This document shows positions 50,371-60,966 of a DNA stretch of 64,000 nucleotides, one piece after another. The stretch covers positions 62,001 to 126,000 of the forward strand of contig MCFH01000073.1 of the NCBI GenBank assembly GCA_002104945.1. The letters run 5' to 3'. The first letter of the stretch is position 1. Each line of letters begins with the position of its first letter. The notes under the pieces are model-generated. The model was not told where the DNA came from. It searched no databases and was given only the letters and a program-made list of their open reading frames with translations. A program made the position numbers and the translations under genes. The DNA is from Piromyces finnis finn (taxonomy: Eukaryota; Fungi; Neocallimastigomycota).

Positions 50371-50426
50371 TATTCAATAAAATCTTTTTTTTTTTTATAA
50401 TATTTATAATTCTGGTGAGGATTTGA
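47016..50426 (+). CDS. LINE ORF2-like protein: ~140-aa N-terminal extension, APE endonuclease, reverse transcriptase
   Basis: APE motifs: WNING, LQE, GNIYFP, ILVGDFN, SCIDHII, SDHKPIL. RT motifs: KAPGPDGI, IPKKGD...NYRGISL, QFGFR, FLDLKKAYDSV, GVRQGCPLSPILFN, LFADD, YTYLG. Confidence 0.95.
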   Translation: MNNTNCTVPTLRRGLRFFGSNSNKSYLIFIHDLSSWSKQRLMEFLLKDIQPFNDILQSLTKKYSQSLGIYFILKVNGKCPLKAMLLIHSLSEKLPISSKISWKFIDKLKNNRSYKNKRSIKSTTGPLSDDFYFSHLSSNASFFNLCTCWNINGWNPEKKDGVLYFISVFKPVCVCLQEVGNSQFLCGNAISSPCLPNYKPVHRRANPKVPGMRGLYIGVHNSCSFTPEPLLYKYIISVTILSFWNQRCTIGNIYFPQTRWPDARLIAFDELDKWLTTHNKFNHPAILVGDFNMSAIKIKSYISQHFPDWTMAELTGNNFTWEKGSKSSCIDHIIYNKAMTEHINKSSVCEVFHDVSDHKPILVSCKKDSSDGFKKPKKTFKWSSHICNTKCSDILTSNRFAVLASELEANCDSLSADDMVSRFLDTSKTIGKEIKAIVPADLKGPAFHCPQYIKNLSHEKHLAYKNIKPLSDCADMENYLNQFSIYQNLCNTIKKVKSKFRSNLYKANIVSIGKHFIDKSFRQGWKGLKKLAKPCYSSSHVSTIKDKNGKDLFTPQEQLKRWAEHYENLASDVTNHSLNRGYWERAFQFNHINQIAWDINGPISIEEIRNVVLSMKNNKAPGPDGIPIEFFKAFFCNEELEKEHKSAGNCLKLIFNKIWNGSFPLKWNSASIVSIPKKGDLSDCNNYRGISLINVGLKIISKIVTNRISKYALSHNFIRPEQFGFRNKEECISLFISIREICQRRKFKGKATYVAFLDLKKAYDSVPIFNILTKLYKLGIRGKCFDFLNNLYSTSKARARFLDMLSNEFPINRGVRQGCPLSPILFNLFINDILNKCERLGVSLGNKRCCGGLFADDIVLIAPSKKNLQKMLNLVLDWANLNEMSFGINKCATIVVKPINFNRSPSYVDPTFYIGMYSIPKVSCYTYLGIPFDEDLSLTPILSNMYKKVQNSLFSFKNFLTNNCVPIGLKNIVIHSYILSKVSYYAPLLGSNKNRTRRVQSLINTAVLWSVNSFHNKSFNNKDFVFERNSFISLYALTRDMKIPTLSGICAAQQVKCFVKWRKLNCIIKDLVRSIPPMSHYSWAKESCSLHKKLMKINIKSTKDIREYYWNNTIKNFRIFNKIFFFFIIFIILVRI

Positions 50427-50796
50427 ATATGAAATGAAATAATAAAGAATTTAATCTAACAAATTTAATGAATTACTTTTCAAATCAAATGAGTAATAAT
50501 GGAATAACATCATCATAATACTAAACCGAGTCACAATAATAACTCTAATAATAAATAAATAAACAAAAAATAATAATAAAAAAAAAATAAAGAAAAAAAT
50601 AGTTTGGGGTATAATGATAATAAACAAGAATAAATAATAAACGGCCTTTTATATATATAATTTCGAGATTAATAAATGTATTGAATTAAAAAAGATTAAG
50701 AATTTTCATATATACAATATTTATTGTTTTTTGAAAATATTGTTTTCATTTTTAAAATATATATATTTAGAAAAAAAATGAAAAAATAAAAAAAGA

Positions 50797-50806
50797 TATA
50801 AATAGA
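50797..50806 (+). promoter_or_regulatory. Putative TATA box (TATAAATAGA) of secreted peptide copy A
   Basis: The identical 10-mer lies at a similar distance upstream of copy B (minus strand 53213-53222), followed in both by AAATCAA...TAATAGAATAAATA. Confidence 0.45.
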
Positions 50807-50923
50807 TGAAAATATTTCTAAAAAAAATAAAATCAACAATAAAAAATAAAATAAAATAATAGAATAAATAAACAAATAAATAAAAACTTTATTATAGAAA
50901 TTAAAAAAAAAAAAAGAAAAAAA

Positions 50924-51250
50924 ATGCAATTCAAGAATACTTTTGTTACTTTAGTTGTTTTACTTTGTGCCGCTTTTGCTTCAGTAAATGCTACTGTTTG
51001 CAGAACTCAAAAGGGTGTTGCTTGGTGTGAAGGTACTCGCTGTTGGAAGAGAGATACTTCTACTTTTACTCGTACCTATTGTAGTTCTGCTTCTGTTGAT
51101 GGAACTTACCAATTTAATGGTTCCAATTGTCGTAGATGTCCAAGCACTAGTTGTGCAATTGTTACCAAACTTTTCCACGGTTCTTTACCAGCTTACCACA
51201 GTGCCAATGGTTACGTTTTAACTAGCAAGGGATGGTGCTACTATGGTTAA
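50924..51250 (+). CDS. 108-aa secreted Cys-rich peptide, signal peptide plus 4-Cys module plus SH3b-like domain (copy A); intronless
   Basis: Signal-like MQFKNTFVTLVVLLCAAFASVNA; 8 Cys in the mature part; NCRRCPSTSCAIV...NGYVLTSKGWC resembles the SH3b pattern N.R.GPST....V...NGW...GW; a colinear paralogue lies at 52787-53113. Confidence 0.8.
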   Translation: MQFKNTFVTLVVLLCAAFASVNATVCRTQKGVAWCEGTRCWKRDTSTFTRTYCSSASVDGTYQFNGSNCRRCPSTSCAIVTKLFHGSLPAYHSANGYVLTSKGWCYYG

Positions 51251-52786
51251 ATTGAATGATTATTTGTTTTTTTTTTAAAAAAATACTTTATAATAATCAT
51301 TTGTAATTGCATTTTAAAGTAAAATAATGTAATATTCTACTTTAAAAAATATTATAAATATCAAATTTATTCATTTAATTATATAATCATATTTTATATT
51401 TAAACCTGTTCTATTAAATGATATATATATAATATTATATTTTCATATAATATTATATTGTTATATATTATATGTTATATTGTTATATAATAATTATCAT
51501 TTATTCATTTAATTATTCATTATAAAAAAAATAATGTATAGAATATATTTTATATAAAAAACAAAAAATAAAATGTAATACTAAATGGTTACTATTAACA
51601 ATTAAAATGTTAATAACCATATAAAATATAAAAATAAAAAAAAATTATAAATAAAAAATTAATATATATAAAAATAATAATTAATTAATTCTTTTAAAAA
51701 AAAAGAAAAATATTTTCATTTTTAATTTGAATGTTTATTTTTTATATTATTGTTGTTGTATTAGAAACACAAAATTTAAGCATGATAATTGAAACACCAA
51801 ATATTGCATATGAACCTATATTTATAATAATTATAATGGTATAATCATCCCGACTAGATTGAATATTAATCCAAGTATAAAGTATAAATTATATAAATTG
51901 TAAGTATGTTTTATAAAGTGTATTTAAATGTATTTGTATATGTTGTATATATTTATGTATTTGCTTAAATATGAAGAGGAGGATTTTAATTAAAAAAAGC
52001 AAGTCAACCAAAAACTATTATAAAATAAAAAAAAGATAAAAAGTTTTTTTTTTTGTTAAAAAGTAGTTATCCTTTTTAATTTTCAATATTCAATATAATA
52101 CTGCTATTTAATCATAATAATAACACTGTAAATAGCACACTTATACCATTAATAGAAAAAATAATGATGCTACTGTCAAATACTAATATTATTAATAACA
52201 ATAACGATAATAACAAAATTAATAATACAACTGATTTAATACCATTGCAAATCCTTCTGTCGTATTTTCCATTTTCTATTTTTTACTATAAAATAAGATT
52301 TATTAAAAAAAAAGATAAAATTTCCAAAAATGACCAAATTTAATTGGTTATTCCTAATGGATGAATAATCATAACTACATGAAAAATAAATGAATTGGAA
52401 ACAAATTTTTATATTAAATTAAGGCTATTCAAATTTTATTGATTATTAAAAATGTTACAGGAACTAGCTGATTATTATTTTAAAAAAAAAAAAAAAAAAA
52501 AAAGAACAATTAATAAGAAATTATACTTTTATCAATAAGCCTTTATAAAGATTTAGTTTTATATATTTATATTTATTATATTTTATTTATAATACTTTAA
52601 TTATGTTTTATTTATAAAGATTATTTCTTTTATTTTTTTTATAATAATCTATTAGTATTACATGAATAGTTTAATTATTTATAAATTTCTAATTATTTTT
52701 TAACCTTTTTTTTTATTATATGATACTATTATATAGGATTACGATGGAATTTATTTTAATTGATAATGTTTATTAACATTTTAAAC

Positions 52787-53113
52787 TTAATTAAGGAAGC
52801 ACCATCCTCTTTGAGTTAAAAGGTAACCATTAGCACTACTGTAAACTTGTAATTTACTATGGAGATTATTTGCAGTAAGACCGCATCTAGAACTTGGACA
52901 TCTACGGCAGGTAGCACCATTGAAATTGAAAACACCATTAACTACAGGTGCACGACAAACATTATTTTTGAATATTGTGTTATTAGTTTTCCAGCATCTA
53001 ACACCTTCACACCAAGCATCACCAAATGCAGTTCTACAAGCAGAAGCGTTAACTGAAGCAAAGACAACACAAATTAAAATAAATAAAGTGACAAAAGTGT
53101 TTTTGAATTGCAT
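52787..53113 (-). CDS. 108-aa secreted Cys-rich peptide, SH3b-like (copy B); intronless
   Basis: The true start is most likely the ATG at 53113 (MQFKNTFVTL...), giving exactly the same length as copy A. Gap-free alignment with all Cys conserved. Confidence 0.8.
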   Translation of the reverse strand: MQFKNTFVTLFILICVVFASVNASACRTAFGDAWCEGVRCWKTNNTIFKNNVCRAPVVNGVFNFNGATCRRCPSSRCGLTANNLHSKLQVYSSANGYLLTQRGWCFLN

Positions 53114-53212
53114 TTTTTCTTGTTTCTTTATTAACAAAAAGATTTCTATTTATTCTATTAATTTTTTTTTATTTTATTGATTTATTTTTTTTTTCTGAAA
53201 CAGAAAACTTTT

Positions 53213-53222
53213 TCTATTTATA
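53213..53222 (-). promoter_or_regulatory. Putative TATA box (TATAAATAGA) of secreted peptide copy B
   Basis: Conserved with the copy A upstream region. Confidence 0.45.
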
Positions 53223-54448
53223 TACTTTTGAAATTTTATTCAAACCATGATAATAGAATACTTTTTTTTTCTTTTTAGAACTCTGTATTACCTTTTTTCT
53301 ATTTTCTATAAGTTTTTATTAAAAATAATATTTGTTTTTATGAATGTTTGATATTGTACATTTATTAAAATTTGCACTTTTTACTATATTATCAAAATAA
53401 TAGTAATAATAAATTATATTTATTTTAGTTTTTATTTTCAATTAGTCTAATTATTATGTATTGTTATCATTATTATTTACTATTTATTATAGTTATTATT
53501 TATTATTATTACACTTTTTAATATTATTACTCTAATTATTATTATTATTATTATTATTAATTATATATTTTATTATTATTATTATTATTATTTACTATTT
53601 ATTATAGTTATTATCTATTATTATTATATTAGTATATTAGCTATTAATACTTTTTATTATTACACTTTTTAATATTATCACTATACCAATATTTACGAAT
53701 AATAAATACAAACAGACGACTTTACCATAGAAATGAGTAATTCCATTTTATTAAAATAATTATATTAAATCAGATCCAATAATATTTTATTTTTTAATTT
53801 TATTTTTCTGTAAAAAAGTAATTAAATTAAATTTAATTAAAAAAAAAAAGAATAATCTAATAATCTATTTTTTAAAGATTTTCTTTTATGGGGATGAAAG
53901 ACATTTTTATTTCAAATTTTTGTAAACTTTGCCAGATTAAATGCAAGTCTTTTTTTTTTTTAGTGCATAAGTAAAATGTATTTTTTTAATTATAAAAATA
54001 AAAAAATAAATAAATAAAAAAAAAGAATTAAAACTCATTTTTCTATACTTATTCATTAATACAATGTTTATTAATTTTTTTATTTATATTATGTTTTTTA
54101 TTAGTATAGATTATATATATATATATTCCTTTTTTTAAATATTACATATTACATTTTACATTTTAGTTGTATTAAATTATAAAAATAAAATAAAAATTGA
54201 AAAAAAAAAAAAAAATAATGCTTTAAGAAATTAGGAAAGAAAATAAAGGTATTAATTTAAATATTATATTATATTATATATAAATAAATATATTTTCTAT
54301 AATTCTTTTCCATTATTATTATAATTAATTAATAATCGTTTTTTTTTTTTTTTTTTTTTTTTTTCGTGTATTGTGTGTTAAAGAGAATAAATAGTAATTT
54401 TTTTTTTTTTTTAAATTAAATTATAACCTTTTTTTTTTTTTTTTTCTT

Positions 54449-57400
54449 TTAAAAAATAGTTATAATTTTCAAGTAGGATTTTGGTACCCAACCATACTTT
54501 ATTTCTTGATTATCCATCATATTTTCAATATAACCATAGACCCATTCTCCTTGTTCTCTTCTGACGTTAATAACATCAGCACGTTGGAAACTTAATTCAC
54601 GACCATCTCTGGCATTATATGGATAAAGTGCAACATACTTTTTTAATGAACTATTATTATTAAAAGTAGCATTGGCTTTCTTGGAATCTGAGGATTGAGA
54701 TGGTTGCTTTTCTTGTTGTTGTTGCTGTTGCTGTTGTTCCCTTGTTTCTTGAATTAAACTAGCGGCATTTAAATTATTAAATCTTTCAACAAAGTTATTG
54801 TCCTTTTGTGGTACTGGTGATGGAATAATGGCAACAACATTGGAAGTATTAGCAGCTAAAGTATCAATTTCAAGATCTGGCTTTTTACCTTTTCCTTTGT
54901 ATTTTGGAGCAGCAAGGATCACTGAATCCTTTTCTTCATAAACACTGGATGGATTAATACTTCTGAAACTAAGTGAACTTTCATTATTCAACATTTCCAT
55001 ACGACTTGAATCTTCATCTGGATCAATGATAGAACCCATGGCACTTTCAATGTCTACACTATTTTGACATATTTCAAAGGTCATATAGGCTTCATTCTTA
55101 CTAATACGGAATTCACGATATTCATTTGGTAATTTATCCTTGTAATCTGCTAAATATTTATTATTGGTAAGTCCTATAAATGGATTACTGATAACAATGA
55201 TATCTTTATTGTCATCCTTTTCATTAAGATCAAATGGTGTTGGTTCTTCATGATTCATTAAAATGTTACATAATTTAATGTTTGGGAAAACTGGGGTATT
55301 TGGAGCATTTGGGGTGGATGGACGTCTTGGAACTGGACGTTCTGGTTTTTCTGGGAATTTATCAATGGTTGGAGTTTCGTCAATTTCATTCTCTTCATTA
55401 ATATCAGTGTCATTTTCAAAGGCTGGATTAAGGATTGGTGTGGAGGTTAAGTTAGATCCATTGGTGCCTACTGTACCAACAGAACGAACAGACGTTTGTT
55501 TTTTAATACTGGCAGCTCGAATAAGACTGTCTTTTCTTGGAAGACTAGCTGAAGTAATAGTGGTTTTTACTGAACCAGAAGAGGTAATGGTTGTTTTAGC
55601 AGAACGATCATCACTAATAATAGATGTGTTTTCTTTACGAGTTGTTAAGGAGGCAGATGAATTTCTTCTTTTTAAACCTTCTTCAATTTTAATAGAATTA
55701 CTCTTTTGCATCATGGATTCCATTTCATCTGGCTTTTCAAAAGGATCCTTTTGTGGTTCACTTTGAACACTAAACTTACGTGATAATGATTTTAATGATT
55801 CCTTGGAAGATCTACGGATTAATTCACCACTACCTTTAATAAAATCAGAAGATAATTTTCTTGCTAAATCAAAAACATCCTTGGTTTTGGTTAATTCTTC
55901 CTTTTGTTCTTCAATATTTTCTTTAATGGCTTCTTCATCCATGGTGGTTTCCTCGGTGATAACACTTACTTCATCTATTTTTTCAATATTTTTATTGGCG
56001 TCGGATGTGCCTTCTTTTTCAGTATTATTAATAGCGGTAGATTCACTACTACTAAACATACTATTTAATTTTTGAGAAAATTTAGATGAAATATTGGATA
56101 TGACACTTTTAACAGAATCTTTACGATCCATCTTTTTTGGAATTTCTAATTCTAATTCAACATTGGTATCAATAATTTCACTTTCTATATCAGAAAGTTC
56201 TATTTCTTCTGTTTGTTCATTTTGAGCGGTGGCACTTTCATCATTATAATTAAATGGATCTTCTGGATTATTGGCAGTTGTTGCGGTTGTAGTATAATCA
56301 TTTATTTTATTTTCATCTTCTTTTTCACCTTCCTTTCCTCCTTCTTCTTGTTGTTGTTGTTGTTCATTTTCCATAAGATGTTTTTCAAGCTTTTCTGGAG
56401 CTCTACGGTAAGAAATGAATCTTAAGATATCTAAATCTTCTTCACTATTGTAATTTAATTCATCATCACTCTTTTCCTTATTTTTATCTTCTATTTCTTT
56501 CATTTTATTCATCATATAGGTCGTTGGAGTTGGGCATGGACTAGCTAAATCTTTTTCAAAGTAGCCACTGTTTTTAACCTTGAGTTTTAAGATAGTCTTA
56601 TTAAATCTTGGAATTTCGGCAAGTTTAACATCATCTTCGGAATCTTCGGATTCATCTCCATCTTCATGATCATTTTCATCATCGTAGACAATTTCATTTT
56701 CATCAATTTCATTATCTTCAACCTTTTCAATTGGTGTTAATAATTCTTCTTCTTCTTCTTCTTTCTTTTCTTGTTGTTGATCCTTTTTACTTTCTTCATG
56801 ACGACGTGGATTATAATGTAAAGATTCACCACGAACTGGATTTTCTGGTTCAAAAGATGTAGCTCCATTGAGTCTAGTATTATCAGCAAGAGTAGGAGAA
56901 ATTGGAGTTGGTGGTAATTCATCTTCTAAAACATCTCGAGTAATAATATTCTTTAAACCATTTAATCTTTTAATATCATTTTTGTTGGGTGGAACAACTA
57001 AAGAATCCATTGGAGTAGGGGTTTGAATGGTTGGTGTTTGAAGAGTACTTTCCTCAGTCATTCCACTAACATTACTAGCTGAGGTGTTAAATCTCGAGAA
57101 AATTAAACGAGTTGGATCATTAATCATCATGGAAGATTCTTCATTTTCAGTAGCATAAGTAGCATTAATAATATCATCGTAGTAACTTTCTTCATTTGAT
57201 TTTGCTGACACAGCACTATTCGGAATAAGATATTCTTTGTTATTATCATCCCAATTGACACCCTTCTTTTTTTGAGTGGTATCTTCTGGTGATGGACTTG
57301 TAATTTTAAGAGTTGGTCTATCTGTAGTGATAGGGGAAGCGGTAATTGGAGGAGCTGCTAATGGAGTTTTTCTATCATAAATTGGTAAACTATTCTTTCT

Positions 57401-60151
57401 TTGATTAAATATAGGATGATTTTCTTTTGCTTGTGTTAACTCATCAAAATTTGGCCAATTATTAAGAAGATTTTGGATGGAGTAGGTACTCTTTCCTCTT
57501 CTTGAAGGTGGAGTAATATCATCTTTATAGGATGGAACATCATTTGTTAACATTGGAGAATAGGCAGTATTATTATGGAAATGAGAAAGCATTGGAGTAG
57601 CATATTCTATTGGAACGGTCTTATTAAATCTTGATTGAGACATTGTTGGCTCTTGGTGAGAAAGCATTGGGGTAGCATATCCATTTGGAACAATAGATGG
57701 GAAACGATTTGATGCTAAATTACCTGGCATTCCTCTAATATGGGAATTACCATCAAAGGAACCTGTACGAGAACGATTATTCAATGGCTTTGATACATCA
57801 TCTAATGCAGGTTGAGAAGGTACAAGAATTGGGGTATTTTCATTAGCTAAATCTGGAGTTTCACTGGCAAAAGCGTTTGGAACATTACCATGATTTGTTT
57901 CATTTAGTTGATGATTATTCTTAATGGTTGTTGGAGATTCAACCATATCCTTTGTTTTTTCTCCCATAGTATTTTCAGATACGGAAGATCCAACACTAGA
58001 ATGTTTATTCTTTTTTAATATATCATCAATGGAGTGAACTTTACCAGTACGAATTAAGTTATCCATCTTTTTCTTTGAAATAACAATAAATTCTTCATCA
58101 TCATTACTACCATCTTCTTGATTCATAATATCTTGAAGTTTTGAAATATTATCATTTTTATCAATGGTAGGAGTGCCATTTTCATTGGAATCTTTGGATG
58201 CGTTTTTATTCTTTAAAATAGAAACTGGTTTAACTGGTGGGGTATTGGTGGAACGTCTTTTATGAAGTATATTTTTCATTTCACTCAAGTTTCTCTTTAA
58301 ATCATTCTTTATACTAGACTTTTTACTCAACTTTACTGATTTTGAATCTTTTTTTGCTGTTACTTCAGTAATAGTAGTATTAGCTTCATCATTGTTTTCA
58401 GGTTCATTATCATTAACTTCATTTTGAGTTTCATTACTACGACTATTGTAGTGTTGAGAATGAGCAGACTTTCCAGAACTTGTAGATGATGAATGGCTTT
58501 TAATAGTACTGTAACGATTATTCATATAACTTTCACTATCCTTTTTATCATTTCCATTTGTATTGGCGGAAACGGAATAACGAGTGTTTTTACTACTAGC
58601 TGGCATAGAGAAATGATTTTGTTTGTATCTATCGAAAGCATTTGTTGCACTGCCAAGAGACTTTGATCTGTTTCTGTATTGATTTTCCTTAGCTGTTTCA
58701 TTTTCCTCATGTTTACTAGGAGTATATTTCATTTCATAAATATTTGGGGTTGAGGTGGTATATCTATGATGATAAATATCACGCTTAGAATAATCAGACG
58801 AATAGCCTTTATTATTATTTACATTGCTTTCCATCTCTTTATCAAAATCATCATTTAAGAAATCATTTTTATCATAAATACTTTCTCTTAAAATTTTATC
58901 ATTCTTGGCATCATTATTTACAGAAGAATAATGGTAATATTTGCTATCATTCATTTCGCTCTTTTTAAGTTCTTCCTTAATAAATGAATTTGTCAATGGA
59001 TTATTATCGTGATTTAAGATATTTTCATCAAATGTAGCATTATCAAATTGAGAAACATCAAAAATTGACTTTTTGTTAGATCCAGATACATAATTTAATC
59101 TTGGGGTTGGTTCTTCATAATTATCACGACTCATACTGAATGAATTGTAAATATTAGCATTTTTATCTTCATAGGCCAACATTCCTTGAGTTAATCTTTC
59201 TAATACATGAATTTCATAATTTTGTAATTTTCTCGTTTTACGAGTGACAAATTTAATGGCACTAATATATTGTTGGAATAATCCTCTTTGAATATGACTC
59301 TATTTTATTATAATAAAATTTAATTATTATATTATTAGATACATATATATAATTATAATTTAAATATGATAATTTGTTATTTTTTTTTAATATTTTATTT
59401 AAATAAATTATTGTAAATAATATTAAAAAAAATATAATAATAATTTATTTGTGATTTTTACAGGTTCTGGAACAACACCAGGAATAAGACTTTTTGTTCT
59501 TTGCTTCTCTTCCATTTTTAAAGTTTTTTCAATTTTTTTGTCATTAAACTAATAAATTAAAAAAAAAAAAAAAAATAGTTAAAATTATAATATTATAATT
59601 ATGGAAAAATAGTTTACTTACTTTTACTTGCATAGACTTGAAATCATCATTTAATGGAAGAGCAAAATCTCTATTTAAAAATTCACCCTAACATATTAAG
59701 ATAAAATATTAACTACTCCATTTTTTTTAAAAAAAAAATATTATTTTTTAGAATTTTATATACAAACCATTTTTTTAAAACTTTCATACAAAATTCTATA
59801 AATTTTTAAAGAATTATGTATTTCTTTATATATAGGTATAATAAATATTTGTAATACATGAAAAAAAAATATATTAGTATTGTAAAAGGAATAAATATAT
59901 ATATAATATATAGCAAAAGATAGATATTTACCATTTTGTTGATTTGATGACTCTATAATTACTCTCATTGGAGGGTAACTTAAAAAATCATCATAAGAAT
60001 GGGAAAGGTCATTAACAGCTGCTGCTAAGGCAACCATAGCTGATTGATACTTCATAGCATTTTTAACAAGGTTGTTATAAAGATTGAAAGTATCTTTAAT
60101 ATGGACTTTGGAAATTGTTGGGAATATATTATTTTTTGATATATTTGCCAT
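54449..60151 (-). CDS. I-BAR/IMD-like N-terminal helical domain, ~1500-aa disordered linker, C-terminal SH3 domain; 5 exons
   Basis: ATG at 60151. Four short 5' exons splice in frame into the 54449-59182 ORF via SHIQRGLFQQ...LTQGMLAYEDK. TFNLYNNLVKNAMKYQSAMVALAAAV resembles IRSp53 IMD FNPSLRNFIAMGKNYEKALAGVTYAA. SH3 reads YVALYPYNARDGRELSFQRADVI...GEWVYG...GWVPKSY. Confidence 0.75.
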
Positions 60152-60920
60152 TTTTTTTATTTTATTCTTAATATCTTATAATATTTTTATTTTATTTTTT
60201 TTTATATACAGGAATATATTTTGGTTTTCTATATTATTTATCTATGTTGTTATTGTTATTATAATAAACAATTCTAAATAATATTTTTTTTTAAATATTC
60301 TAAGAATTTTTCCTTTTGGTATTTTGTATTTTTTTTTATTCTATAATTTTGAATAATTATTTACAATTTAAATTTATTAAATTATTATTTTTTATATTTA
60401 TTGTATTTAGTTGTTGTTTTTTTTTTTTTTTTTAAGTAGGTATTATTATTTTTAAAAAATATATATATTATTAATAAAGTTGATTTTTTTAAAAAAAATA
60501 ATATGTACTTTTTGAAAAATGTTATTAAGTTTATTTGTTAAGTGGAGATTCCAGTCAAATTTAACCTAAAACAAGTATATTTATTATTATTTTAATGTAT
60601 TTCTGTTATATTAAAAAAAAAAAGTTAAAATATTTCAAAACAAAGGGGAAACTATCTTTATATTTCTTCTTTTAGTTGATATTTTAACTCTTATATTTAA
60701 TAATAAAATAATTAATTTGTAGGATTTTATTATTAAGTGTATAGGTGTATATAATTATTAAATTATTTTTGTTTTATTTTTTAATGAATTTTATTAATAT
60801 TATTGTTATTATTATTTATAATAATAATAAAAAAAAAAAAAAAAAGAATTGCTTTTATTATTTGATATTTGATAATTATTATTTTTTTTTATTTTTTATC
60901 TTGAGTTTCAAAGTTATTGA

Positions 60921-60966
60921 ATGACTTTTTATTAATTCTTTCTAGTTATTATTAATAAAAAGTCAT
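60921..60966. repeat. Perfect 16-bp inverted repeat with a 14-nt spacer
   Basis: ATGACTTTTTATTAAT (60921-60936) and ATTAATAAAAAGTCAT (60951-60966). Confidence 0.8.

Noticed and set aside
52787-53137. ORF-track start at 53137 (MLIKKQEK...)
   Set aside because: Non-ATG start; the ATG at 53113 matches the paralogue exactly.
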